Source of the DNA: the human T2T-CHM13v2.0 reference genome, Homo sapiens | Assembly: GCF_009914755.1 (NCBI RefSeq) | Contig: NC_060933.1 | Length of the DNA stretch: 64,000 nt | Reading direction: 5' to 3' (one strand) | Part shown: positions 13,626 through 25,800 of the stretch, one piece after another | Position numbering within the stretch: position 1 is the first letter of the stretch | Layout of the letters: each line of letters opens with the position of its first letter | The notes under the pieces: model-generated | Databases searched by the model: none | Told to the model about the DNA's origin: nothing | Seen by the model: the letters and a program-made list of their open reading frames with translations, nothing else | Made by a program: the position numbers and the translations under genes

Positions 13626-13729
13626 AGATGCAGCCTCACTATATTCCCCAGGCTGAACTCAAACTCCTGGGCTCAAGTGGTCTGCCTCCCGAGAAACTGG
13701 GATTACAGGTGCACAAAACCATACCTGGT
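13626..13729 (-). mobile_element. FLAM/AluJ monomer fragment
   Basis: ccaggctgaactcaaactcctgggctcaagtg...ctgggattacaggtgca. Confidence 0.7.
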
Positions 13730-13984
13730 TTACTCTTCTTTTTCTCTCTTCCTAAAGTGCAAACCTAGATGGTTAATTTAATATGATTCTTCTTTTTGTA
13801 ATATAATAATTTAATATTTTAAATTTCCATCTGAACAATGTTGCATCTGTATCTCACAAACTTTGATACTTTATGTTTTTATTATCATTTAGTAATGTAT
13901 TTTGTGATAATCCCTATCATTTTTTTATTTGTTATATAGATTACTTAAAATTGTGTTGCTTAATTCCAAAATATTTGAGAATTG

Positions 13985-14066
13985 AGCCAGGCACATTGGC
14001 ACGTGCCTGGAGCCCCAGCTACTCTGGAGGCTGAGGCAGGAGGATGGCTTGAGACCAGGAGTTCAA
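13985..14066 (+). mobile_element. FLAM_A/7SL-derived 5' fragment without poly(A) tail
   Basis: gccaggcacattggcacgtgcctg...cccagctactc...gaggctgaggcaggaggatggcttgagaccaggagttcaa; flanked by gagaattg direct repeats. Confidence 0.75.
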
Positions 14067-14194
14067 GAGAATTGTGCAGATATTTTGACATTAGTTTCTA
14101 ATCTAGTTATTTTATGGACAGAGAATACATACTGAGATATTTTGATAATTTTAAATTTACAACACTTTTTAATGGCCCATCATATATACATAGT

Positions 14195-15115
14195 CTTTTT
14201 TTCAGATTTATTAAGGTATAATACAAATAAAATTGTTTATATTTAAGGTGTACAATTTGATGTGTTCATATACGTGAACATTGTGAAATGATTACTACAA
14301 ACAAGATAATTAATATATCTATCACTACACATAATTATCATTTTTTTCTTTGTGCACATGTGTGTGGTGAGAACACTTAAGATCTACCTTCTTAGCAAAT
14401 TTCAAATATGCAATACAATAAATAATGTTAACTATGGACAGAATGCTTTATATTAGATATCCAAAACTCATTCATCTTGCATAACCGAAGCTTTATACCT
14501 TTTAGCCCATATCTCCCCATTTCCCTCTCCCTGCAGCTTCTGGAAACCACCATTCTACTCTCTGCTTCTACAAGTTTGACTATTTTGATTCCACGTATAA
14601 ATGCTAACATGTAGCTTTTTTCTTTCTGTGTCTGATTTATCTTAGTTAGCATAATGTCTTCCGTGTTGATTTATGTTGTTGCAAGTAGCAGGGTTTCTTT
14701 TTTTTCCTAATATGTATATCTCACATATATGTATATACATCTTATTTTTTTATCCATGCATTCATAATGGACACAGGTTTTTCCATATCTTGGGTATAAT
14801 GAATAATGCTTCATGCTACAATGAACACAGGAGTGCAGATATCTCTTTGAGATAGTTATTTTATTTCCTTTGGATATATGCCCAGAAGCGAAATTCCTGG
14901 ATCCTGTGGTAGTTTTTATTTTTATTACTTTTAGGAACCTCCATACTGTTTCCCATAGTGGTTGTACAAATTTCTATTTCCACCAACAGTATGCAAGAAT
15001 TTCCTTTTCTCTATATCCTCACCAAGACTTACTTTTTATCTTTTGATAATAACACCCTAACAGGTGTGAGGTGATACCTCATTGTAGTTTTGATTTACAT
15101 TTCCCTGTTGATTAG
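14195..15115 (-). mobile_element. L1MA-type LINE 3' part (left of the THE1A insertion)
   Basis: gtgtggtgagaacacttaagatctac...ttagcaaatttcaa, accaccattctactctctgcttcta, ggtgtgaggtgatacctcattgtagttttgattt. Confidence 0.8.
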
Positions 15116-17349
15116 TGATGTGGTTTGGCTGTGTCCCCACCCAAATCTCAACTTAAATTGTATTTCCCAGAATTCCGACATGTTGTGGGAGGGACCAAGG
15201 GGGAGGTAACTGAATCATAGGAGCAGGTCTTTCCCATGATATCCTCGTGACAGTGAATAAGTCTCACGAGATCTGATGGGTTTATCAGGGGTTTCCACTT
15301 TTGCTTCTTCCTCATTTCACCTCCCGCCATGATTCTGAGGCCTCCCCAGCCATGTGGAACTGTAAGTCCAATTAAGCCTCTTTTTCTTCCCAGTCTCTGG
15401 AATGTCTTTATCAGCAGTGTGAAAACAGGCTAATACAGTAAATTGGTACTGAGAGTGGGGCGTTGCTGAAAAGATACCTGAAAATGTGGAAGCGACTTTG
15501 GAACTGGGTAACAGGCAGAGGTTGGAATAGTCTGGAGGGCTCAGGAGAAGACAGAAAAATGTGGGAAAGTTTGAAACATCCTAGAGATGACTTGTTGAAT
15601 GGCTTTGCCCAAAATGCCGATCGCGAAATGGACAATAAAGTCCAGGCTGAAGTGGTCTCAGATGGAGATGAGGAACTTGTTGGGAACTGGAGCAAAGTGA
15701 CTCGTTATGTTTTAGTAAAGTGACTGGTGGCATTTCTCCCCTACCCTAGAGATGTGTGGAACTTTGAACTTGAGAGAGATGATTTAGGGTATCTAGCAGA
15801 AGAAATTTCTAAGCAGCAAAGCATACAAGAGGTGACTTGAGTGCTGTTAAAGGCATTCAATTTTATAAGGGAAGCAGAGCATAAAAGTTTGGAAAATGTG
15901 CAGCCTGACTATGTGATAGAAAAGAAAATCCATTATCTGGGAAGAAATTAAAGCCAGCTGAAGAAATTTGCATAAGTAGCAAGGAGCTTAATGTTAATCC
16001 CCAAGACCATAGACATGTTAGAGGTCTTCAAGGCAGCCCCTTCCATCACAGACCTGGAGACCCAGGAGGAAAAAGTGGTTCTGTGGGCCAGGTCCAGGGT
16101 CCCCATGCTGTGTGCAGCTTAGCAACTTGGTGCCCTGTGTCCCAGCTGCTCCAGCTGTGGCCAAAAGGGAGCAACACACAGCCTGGGCTGTGGCTTCAGA
16201 GAGTGGAAGCCCCAAGCCTTGGCAGCTTCCACGTGGTGTTGAGCCTGCAGGTGCACAGAAGTCAAGAAGTGAGGTTTAGGAACCTCTGCCTAGATTTCCG
16301 AAGATGTATGGAAACACCTAGATGCCCAGGGAGAAGTTTGTTGCAGGGGCAGGGCCTTCATGTAGAACCTCTGCTAGGGCAGTGCAGAAGGGAAATGTGG
16401 GGTCAGAGCCCCCACACAGAGTCTCTACTGGGGCACTACCTAGTGGAACTGTGAGAAGAAGGCCACCATCCTCCAGACTCCAGGATGGTAGATCCAATGA
16501 CAGCTTGCCCCTTATGCCTGGAAAAGCTGCAGACATTCAACACCAGCCATGAAAGCAGCCAGGAGGGAGGTTGTACCCTGAAAAGACACAGGGGCAGAGC
16601 TGCCCAAGACCTCAGAAACCCACCTCTTGCATCAATGTGACCTAGATGTGAGACCTAGAGTCAAAGGAGATCATTTTGGAGCTTTAAAATTTGATGACCC
16701 CGCTGGATTTTGGACTTAGATGGGCCCTGTAACCCCTTTGTTTTGGCCAATTTCTCCCATTTGGAAAGGCTGTATTTACCCAATACCTGTACCCCCGTTG
16801 TATCTAGGAAGTAACTAGCTTGCTTTTGATTTTACAGGCTCATAGGCAGAAGGGACTTGACTTGTCTCAGATGAGACTTGGACTGTGGACTTTTGGATTA
16901 ATGCTGAAATGAGTTAAGACTTTGAGGGACCATTGGAAAGAGACGATTGGTTTTGAAATGTGAGGACATGAGATTTGGAGGGTCCAGGGGCAGAATGATA
17001 TGGGTTGGCTGTGTCCCCACCCAAATCTCAACTTAAACTGTATCTCCCAGAATTCCCCCACGTTGTGGGAAGGACCCAGTGGGAGATAATTGAATCATGG
17101 GGGTCAGTCTTTCCCATGCTATTCTCATGACAGTGAATAAGTCTCACAAGATCTGATGGGTTTATCAGGGGTTTCCGCTTTTGCTTCTCCCTCATTTTCT
17201 CTTGCTGCCACCCTGTAAGAAGTGTTTTTCACCTCCCACCATGATTCTGAGGCCTCCCCAGCCATGTGGAACTATAAGGCCCATTAAACCTCTTTTTCTT
17301 CCCAGTCTCTGGTATGTCTTTATCAGCAGTGTGAAAACAGACTAACACA
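15116..17349 (+). mobile_element. Complete THE1A MaLR element: 5' LTR 15116-15437, internal region 15438-16995, 3' LTR 16996-17349
   Basis: Two homologous LTRs with THE1A-type ggtttatcaggggtttcc; gtaaattggtac after the 5' LTR; purine tract aggggcagaa before the 3' LTR; perfect TSD attag (15111-15115, 17350-17354); broken internal ORF (GRGWNSLEGS..EDRKMWESL). Confidence 0.95.
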
Positions 17350-17745
17350 ATTAGTGATGCTGAGCACCTTTTCTTATAGTTGGTGGTCATAATATGTCTT
17401 CTTTGGAGAAATGGCTTTTCAGGTCCTTTGCCTACTTTTAAATCAGGTTATTTGGGTTTGGGATTTTTTTTTTTTAATCTGATATATGGTTTGCAAATAT
17501 TAATATTTTCTCTCATTCTTTAGGTTGCCTTTTCACTCTGTTGATTGTTTCCATTGCTGTGCAGAAACCATTTAGTTTGATGCAATCTCATTTATCTATT
17601 TTGTTACCTGTGCTTTTGTCGTCATATCCAAAAAAATTTGTTGCCCAGACCAATGTCAAGACACGTTTTCCTATGTTTTCTTCAAGGAGTTTTACCATTT
17701 CCAGCCTTATGTTTAAGTCGTTAATCCATTTTGAGTTGGTTTTTG
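17350..17745 (-). mobile_element. L1MA continuation (right of THE1A)
   Basis: attagtgatgctgagcac..., taggttgccttttcactctgttgattgtttcc, ttaatccattttgagttg resume the L1 register. Confidence 0.8.
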
Positions 17746-18264
17746 TTATGAATAATGGTCCTAGGCAAAAAAGTAAGAATTAAATGTGGTGTTTCCTTAT
17801 CTCAAGCATCACAGCCCTGTGCTATCTATTGTCTAATATCTGAGAATAGTTTTTTCATACATGTTATCCAGTTATACAGTTCTTCACACCAAAATGTAAG
17901 GTCCAATAATCATATCTCTGCTATGGCTGGAACCACTTCTACACTTAAAATATACTTTATTTTATTCATTTCATTCTCATAACTTCATGAAATAAGTATT
18001 ATTAAGCCATTCTATGGCTAAAATGACCAACCTTAAGTAACCACCTTCTGTTATCCTTTAAGCCCATCAAGCGTAGAAATAAATCTTATTAACTTTGTTG
18101 TTCATTGCATTTGACTCCGTTCTTGGCACACAATAGATGCTCAGTAAATAAACTTTGACAGATACTATTTTCTCCTATTTTCTCCATTATACATATAAAA
18201 AAATCCTAAATCTCAGACAAGACAAATTGTGGAAGTGGGGAAGAAACTAATATTGATTAAGTGC

Positions 18265-18805
18265 TGGGATTTGAAAACTATGGAACATAGGCCAAAATTG
18301 GCCCACTTTTTGTTTTTCTTTGTTTGTTTGTTTGTTTGTTTGTTTGTTTTTGAGACGGAGTCTCGCTCTGTCCCCCAGGCTGGAGTGCAGTGCGGTGGCG
18401 CGATCTCGGCTCACTGCAAGCTCCGCCTCCCGGGTTCACACCATTTTCTTGCCTCAGCCTCCCGAGTAGCTGGGACTAAAGGCGCCTGCCACCACACCCA
18501 GCTAGTTCTTTTGTATTTTTTAGTAGAGATGGGGTTTCACCGTGTTAGCCAGGATGGTCTAGATCTCCTGACCTTGTTATCCACCTGCCTTGGCCTCCCA
18601 AAGTGCTGGGATTACAGGCATGAGCCACCGCACCCAGCCAAAACTGGCTCACTTTTTAAAAAATAAAGTTTTATTAGAAGATAGCCATGCTGTTGTATCA
18701 TCTCTGTCTGCTTTCATGCTGTCATAGCCAACCTGGGCAGTTAGGTCTGCAAAGCTTAAAATATTTAATATCCAGTCCTTGACAGAAAAAGTTTGCCAAC
18801 CCCTG
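18265..18805 (+). mobile_element. MER58A hAT-Charlie MITE interrupted by AluY
   Basis: aataaagttttattagaagatagcca...aaaatatttaatatccagtccttgacagaaaaagtttgccaacccctg. Confidence 0.8.
18312..18639 (-). mobile_element. AluY with (GTTT)n tail
   Basis: gcaagctccgcctcccgggttcacacc, caccgtgttagccaggatgg; TSD aaaa(t/c)tggc(c/t)cacttttt at 18294-18311 and 18640-18657. Confidence 0.95.
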
Positions 18806-18824
18806 GCTATTATACATTATAATG

Positions 18825-19030
18825 CCAAGCAATGTGCTTGGCACCGTTACATACTTTTCACCTCATTAAGTTTCCCAGCTACTCTAAGAAATAAAAAATA
18901 ATACCGTTATCCAGATGTGGACTTTGGGATTCAGAGAGGTATTTACAACAGGTTCTATGGCTTATAGATGGCAAAGCACAAATTTAAATTCTGATTTGTC
19001 AGACTCTGATGCCTATGCACTTTTTATTTC
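18825..19030 (-). mobile_element. MIR SINE
   Basis: ccagatgtggactttgggattcagagagg...tttaaattctgatttgtcagactc. Confidence 0.55.
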
Positions 19031-21559
19031 TAACAGTCAGATAACTTTGAAAAGAAATGGAAGATGATAAGTGGAATGGCCCATTTTAGTGATCTGCACA
19101 TCATCACACATGAACAAGTTGATCTAAAGCTAAAGCTACTGAAGAACTCGCTTTATAACCTATAATAAAAATAGTTAAAACTATTATTACTTATAAGGAA
19201 TTTTTTATATGTCAACCTTTGAGCTAATAATTGTATGTGTATGGTGTGTTTTATGTACATGAGCATACATATATAACATATATATGCTATATATAACATA
19301 GATGTATATATGTATATAAATGTGCATGTATATAATTTAATTTATTTCTCATAGATATTCTATGAAGATATTGTTATAGGTACAGAAATAAATGCTTAAC
19401 AGGATTGTATTACAAGATAGTAACTGGTAAATCAAGGATTCAGATGATTTTCCTAACTCACTAATTCTATCTGTATCTTCTTTCCATTCTTTTCAACTCA
19501 TTAACATAGGTTCCCATGAACTCAAACATTACTCGATGGCATAAGAAAGGATAATATATTCAGGAGCTCTATGGTCTCACAAAATGCCAAAAGCTCACTT
19601 TCCAACCACTCTTCCGGGCCTCCTTGGCAAGCTTTCCACCATCACTCCCAGCACTGTCAAGATGTGATGCTTTTCTTTCTTCTCTTTTTTAAGTGCTTTA
19701 AGCTCTGAGCCATCATTATTTAATTTTAAATTATCTTCTGATTTCCTACGTGGGCTGAGAATGAGAGTAGTCTAGGGAAAAAAATGGTAGTGACAATAAA
19801 AGAGAAGGGAAGCATTTGTGAAAATCCTTTTCTTCTTTTCAACAAGAGCTGTAATAGTGTTTTGTATCAACATGACTCCTTCCTTCAGCTGTAACAAAGT
19901 TAGAGAAAGTGTTGGTACTATAAATTGAGAGTTCAGGAGGTGATTCTACCCAGTCTTTTCAACAAGATTGGTATTATAGGTTTCCCACATAGAAACCAGT
20001 GCAGAAATATTTCTAAAGCAATTTTGTCTTTGCCAGGAGCCCTTCCCTACCTCCTTACGCCTCTTCTCTTTCCCAAAATGTTCCTAGGTTATTCGATCTC
20101 CTGGTGTCTTCCATGCATGATCCCCTCCCAAACCTCAGCAACTTCCCATGGTGTCCAAAATCCAACTGCTCAAGGGGCAGAGTTAGGGATGTAACTCACC
20201 ATTTGCCCAACTAGATCTTTAAATAACTACCTCAAAAGAGAGCTCTTTGATAATAAACAGGCCAATAGGTATTATATAGACACAAATAATGCCAAATCTC
20301 TAGAACAACTAAGAGTCTGATGAAACATAACATGCCATATCTATAGATTTTTTTTGGAGGATATTTATTCGTGTAAAGATACAGAGATACAGGTCACTGT
20401 TGTCCCTCATGGATGCTCTGTAGGTTGTCTTATTTTTAGAAATGTTCCAAAGGTGAGATATGGCAATGGAGTAAATGTGTAAAACCTAAATGCAAATGTG
20501 ACATCTTCTATAGCCAGTCAGAAAATTTCCAGTGTATTAGCAACCATGCACTCATTTCTCCAATAATAGACATTGCACTAACATTCTATCCCAAAGGGAG
20601 CAGGAGTGGGCCTGACAGCCTAGGGGAGACCAAAGAGTTGAAAAATCACAGCAAAGGAAAGTGAACCACTAAGTGGGACAACAAATCCCATAGGGCCTAT
20701 GAAGCTGGCCACCATTTCAACTATATCTCACCAAAAGTTTTTAATTGAGTCCATTGAGGATTTTCTTTTTTCCTTGTGGGGATACATCCTTGATTTTATA
20801 ACAGCATTTAACAAGGAAAATTGGATTCATTTTAGGATGAACAGCTGGAGCGCATCAGTTCCATAAAGCAAAAGCTGACAGTATTTCCATTTTAGTCACC
20901 ATGTAGAAGCTTCTATGATGCTCAGTTGGATTATGCTTACCCTGAACCAGCTCACTTTCTTCCAGCATGTCCATGTACATCAATATCATATTCCCTGGCA
21001 CCCAAACCTTAACTATGCCTCCTTTTCTCATTCATTTCCCAAAATTTAGCCCAAGGATAGATGCCAGCCTTACAGATAGCATCAGTAGCTAATCAGAGTT
21101 ACCTAGAAATGTAGCAATAGTCCAGAGAGGATGACAACAGCGCAAGCTAAGAGTCACTTGACTTTCACCATTTCCCTGCTCCCTGCCTCAAAGGCCTGTG
21201 AAAAACAGATGGGGGAAATAGAGTAAATTAGAAGACCATACTCTTTGCTACAAGTCACTGGCTATATTTGATAGGTCTGAGAGGGAGAGGAAAACAAAAG
21301 GAGATTAGAATTTTAGACTTACATGGGCTGGGCTCCATTACAACTAAAAAGGTCCAAAAAGAACTGGAATCTTCTTAAAATGTTAACAGAGGACAAAAAT
21401 GGAGTAATTCTGCAGAACAAGTTTAAGATAGTAACTGAAAAACAATAAGGTATTTTTCAGACTTGTCCTGTAGTAAATTCAAACTGATAAACAGATAGCA
21501 CTGTTTTTGTAACTTAATTTATGTAGCCAAAACACAAGCTTAGACTAGTGCAGAAAACA

Positions 21560-21780
21560 CATTCTTTAGGATCACATAAGTCTGGTTTCAAATCTCCATC
21601 ACTTAGTACCTGGGTGAACTGGATTAACTCACATCTCTTGAGTCTGTTTTTACATCTACAAAATGAGAACATCATCCATCTACTGCACAATCATCATGAG
21701 AATTACTTGAGATAATGTGTAGAAAGTGAGTAGCACAATACTGGACACATAATAAGCATTCAACAAATCTTTCTATTATC
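21560..21780 (+). mobile_element. MIR SINE
   Basis: tctggtttcaaatctcc...catctacaaaatgaga...gcacaatactggacacataataagcattcaacaaat. Confidence 0.7.
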
Positions 21781-22109
21781 ACTTTTGATTGCCTATAATG
21801 TGTTTCTCTCATTTTGGCCAATCCAAATGCTATGATTCTTCTGCAGGTTTGCCTTTTTATGAATTCATACTTAACTATCATATTCAAGAGTTTTACTCAA
21901 GTATCTGCAAGTGATTGTCAGGAAAAAGAAAGGGTGGACATTCTAGCTACAACTCCCACAGGGCAATTTTATATAAAAATAAAAAGCAGATTTTGGTTCA
22001 GTATCTGAAATTGCCTTCCAACAATTTAAGCTAATCGATAATAAATTAGAAAGAGTGAACTCCTCATCTCCCTAGATAGGGATGCTGCTGAATGGTGCAA
22101 CATACGGCA

Positions 22110-22275
22110 AATATAAGCTTTGGTATCTGATAGATTGAGGTTCAAATCCCAGTTGTGTCACTTATTAGCAACAAAACCTTGGCCAAGTTGCAAAACCTCT
22201 GAGTCTGTTCCCTTAATGTGAAAATTGGTTTTAATAATACCTATCTGATCAGAGTGGTTCTGAAGATTATAAAAG
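22110..22275 (+). mobile_element. MIR SINE
   Basis: gaggttcaaatcccagttgtgtcacttattagc...ttggccaagt...aacctctgagtctgtt. Confidence 0.7.
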
Positions 22276-22934
22276 AGCCTCCCCTGTTCCCTTTGCCCTC
22301 CAAAAAGCTGCCTTGGCCTCTCTGGGAACCAGGGTAACCAAGAAAACGACAAAGACCTGTCGGGCTCATAAAGCCTTAGGAAAAGGTAACGGCACGACAA
22401 TGCCTGCCAGTATCACAGAAGCTGGCAAGACTGTAGCCTAAGCCCAGCTCAGAGTAGGTATTATGACACAGTCATTTACAAGATAAAAACTCCTTCTCAA
22501 ACATGCACACTTTCATAACATCCTCTTCACAGTAGCCCTTACTACCATCATATTCCACATCCAATGACTAAAAAGCAGGAGCATTTTTTGGAAGGGATGA
22601 GAAGAAAGTATGTAAATGGGACTTTGCTTACTTTCCAGAAGTGCTCATCTTTTATTTTTTCTGGGCTTCGAGCATCTTTTTATACAACATAATTCTTTAG
22701 ATATTGAAAAAGTATCCAGGTAGGTTCAGATGCTGTGTTATCCATTACTTGGAACAACAGTCTTCTTTGCAATTATCATTATTGACATGTCAAAGTGACT
22801 ACCAATGGTGCCAAAATCCTATGTATTAAGGAGGAAAGAAAATGAACCAATATGATAGACTGAGTACACAGATTTACCTCCCAATATCCCAAATCCCTTG
22901 AAGTTACAGAAAAAAAAAATGCTTTGTAAACATG

Positions 22935-23520
22935 ATTCCTTCATTCATCTGACAAATATCTAAGGCTCTCCTACTATGCTGTAGGTGCTACGGTGGTGAA
23001 CAAAATATGTGGTGAACATGAGGTCACTGCTAAAGTGGTGAATAAAATACGTGGTGAACATGAGGTCACTGATCTCATGGAACTTACATTAAAGTCAAGC
23101 CGGGGGAGAAGAGAAAAAAATACAATAAGCAAGCAAACAAATAGGTCAGTGAGATAATTGTGGATAGTGATATATTCAACAAAATAATTAAACCAGAATA
23201 CTATGATTGTGAGTGACTGGTAGAAGAGGGTTGGGGGACTATTTCATATGTAGCAGCCAGGGAAATCCTTTTAGAGGAGATAATGTGTGAGCAAAGACCT
23301 GAATGATCCAAAGATCCAGATCTGCAAAAATCTCTGGGGTAGAATATTCCCAGTAGAGCACATAGCGAGTGCAAAGGCCTAGAGCAGATGTGAGCTTGGC
23401 CCACATGAAGAACAGTAACCCATCCTTAAAAGCAAAGTGATATCCATGGACCAGGAATTTTGAAGAATGTCTAGGATAGAAAAAACAAAGGGAGTTGGAT
23501 TGCCAGGGAGGCAAATGCAA
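22935..23520 (-). mobile_element. L2 LINE 3' fragment
   Basis: ttcattcatctgacaaatat...ctcatggaacttacatt...gagcaaagacctgaatga...gtgcaaaggcctag. Confidence 0.7.
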
Positions 23521-23827
23521 ATTTTCCTAAGACAAATCTGAACTAAGGTAATTCCCAAGTGGTACTGTCTGTAGTGGGATGCTAGACAAAGGTCACAGGA
23601 CAAACAAAGGGCCCGTGTGGAAAGATTATCAGCCAAGGAAGCACAGAGTTTCCTAGTATAGCTCAATTCACATCTTTCAAGTGCCTCACCTTTTAAGTCC
23701 CCTTGAAGAAATGGCATATTTTATACATTAAGGCCCTTTCCATCTCTCCCTCTCAAAAAAAAGGGAGCACTGTCATGAGATCATTCCAGACAAACTCTAA
23801 CATTCCCTTCCAGATCTAAATATGTAA

Positions 23828-23940
23828 TTACCTAAATTTAGATATTTTATTTGCTGTTATTTTATAATATTACCTAACACTTGGAAATTGTATGGTAATA
23901 TTATAAAATAACAGCAAATAAAATATCTAAATTTAGGTAA
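23828..23940. repeat. Perfect 47-bp inverted repeat with 19-bp spacer
   Basis: 23828-23874 is the exact reverse complement of 23894-23940, checked base by base. Confidence 0.97.
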
Positions 23941-24989
23941 GTTGTTTTTCTCTCACAAATAAAGAAACAATTGAATTTCATGTAGAAATAATTGACTAGC
24001 TTTACTTTAAAACACACACAAAAAAATATTTTGTAAATATTTATGAACCCACCAAATATTCTAAGGGAGAAAATTCAAATTTAGAGATTTTGATTCTACA
24101 TATTATTATTTTCAAAACCACTTCTTCTGACCTGGTTAGACACTGGGTTGCAGAAAGCAGATCAGTTCTGGGCCTGGTCATGCCACCAAACAGCTTTGTG
24201 ACTGGGGTCAATCCACGACATGTCTTTACCTCAAATTCCGCAGCAGAAAATAGCAAAAATAACACGTCCTACTTACCTCAAAGGTTGACTTTTGGAGTCC
24301 TATAAAGTTAAATATTGGGAAGTGATTTTTTTTTTTTTTTACAAATAATGTGTTATTGAGCTGATTATATAGCCCTCTCAGCCACTCATTCATTAAAATG
24401 TTTAAAATTCTTACTATACGCAAAATCCTGAATTAGATATTACAGGGTTTAAGGAAAATAGCAAACAGAGCCCCTAAACTCCTTATAATATAGAGAAATA
24501 AGTAGTCACCTTTTCTGAGTACTGAAACATGGATGCATGGAAATCATCTCTGCATTTCTACCTGAGAATGATGGCTGTTATTTAATGTGTTTAAGGTATT
24601 TTGATTTTGTAAAATTCTGATTTTAGAATACGCCCCCCTTGGGGAGAATCTTCTAAGCGAGAAGTTATAAAGAGCCCGTGGGACATGGTCTGATCTGGTA
24701 GAGAGAGCCTGAGGAAGACTTGCTCATTCCGAGATTTCATGTTGATCAGTTACCTTGGTCTGAAAATAGCAAAGTGCTAGAAATACCTTTCAGAGAGAGA
24801 AGTTACATGTCCACTGAGGAGGGAAAACATGGGAAAAGGAAGATGCCAGGTTTCTCTATGAGCTCTGTAATGGGGACAGCTAATATAAATTGTGGATTGG
24901 TAGGGAAGTAAGAAAAAGGAAAACACATGCAGGTTAGAGTGTTTTCAAAGAAAAATCTCCACAAGTCACAGTGACTGAATACCATGTGT

Positions 24990-25800
24990 AATGAAAGACA
25001 GGGACTGTCAATGCTGATGGAGTTTCAAGCCTGCCTAATTGGGGAAATGCTGGTGTTATTGATGAAGGAAAGGTACAGCATGCTGAGCCCAGTGTAGATG
25101 GAAGGAAAAGGATGAGCTCAGCTTGGCAAGTGATCATATGAGGGGAGAAAATAGAACAGCCAAGTGGGGATCTTCAGCAGGAATTAAAGACAGCACAGCT
25201 GGAAATTAGGTGAGAGAACATGGCTGATGGTATAGATTTGGGCATTATTTTTATAGATGTTATCCAAGAAGCAGACAGACATTTGTAGCAAGAGAAAGAG
25301 GCCAGAAACCAGGCTGAACTTTCAGAAATGCTCAGGGTTCAGAGTTAGGGGACAGAAAGAAGAAATGCCAGGATTTGAGGCAAAGATCAAGCAAGGAAGT
25401 AAAATGAATAAGCTTGGAAATAGGTAGAGGGGTTTCAAGACAGATAATCAGTATATTCTTGAGCTTCTTATTCAATAAATGTGTCCGTAAAGGAAAAGAA
25501 ATAAGATGGTAGCTCAGGAGGGTACCAAGATCATGCTAAGATTTTCTTTCAAGGTGAAGGAAAAACATACAGATTGGAAGTCTACACAGGGAAAGAGTTT
25601 GAAGCTACCGGAGAGAAGGAATAAATAAAGCAACATCATTCTCAGATAGGATTTAGCTTTAGAGAAAAATAAAGATACAGATTCCTTTGAGCTGAAGGGA
25701 AGGGCAACAGGGGTAAACATTAAAAACGGAATAGAGAATCATTTATCACTGAGTGAGGATATGGACTTCAGAAGAATTAAGAGACTCTGAAATGGCTATT
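24990..25800 (-). mobile_element. L2 LINE fragments
   Basis: ggagtttcaagcctg..., cagccaagtggggatcttcagcagg, ggctgatggtatagatttggg; purine-rich L2 character. Confidence 0.5.

Larger units (their letters stand above)
9835..14190 (-). mobile_element. Old L1M LINE (3' end into ORF2 remnant) carrying nested insertions
   Basis: Antisense L1 hallmarks ttggattgtttccatttggggctatt, ttaatttgtatttctctgatgactaat, cttgccgtgttcccaat; T-rich strand; no intact ORF. Confidence 0.75.

Noticed and set aside
13985-14066. Functional 7SL RNA gene
   Set aside because: Only the diverged 5' Alu domain is present; no S domain or terminator.
15463-16552. THE1A internal ORFs
   Set aside because: Fragmented remnants of the MaLR internal ORF; not intact.
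20836-20880. Exon-like segment ttttag|DEQLERISSIKQKLT
   Set aside because: Weak donor (gtattt), no partner exons and no protein I recognise.
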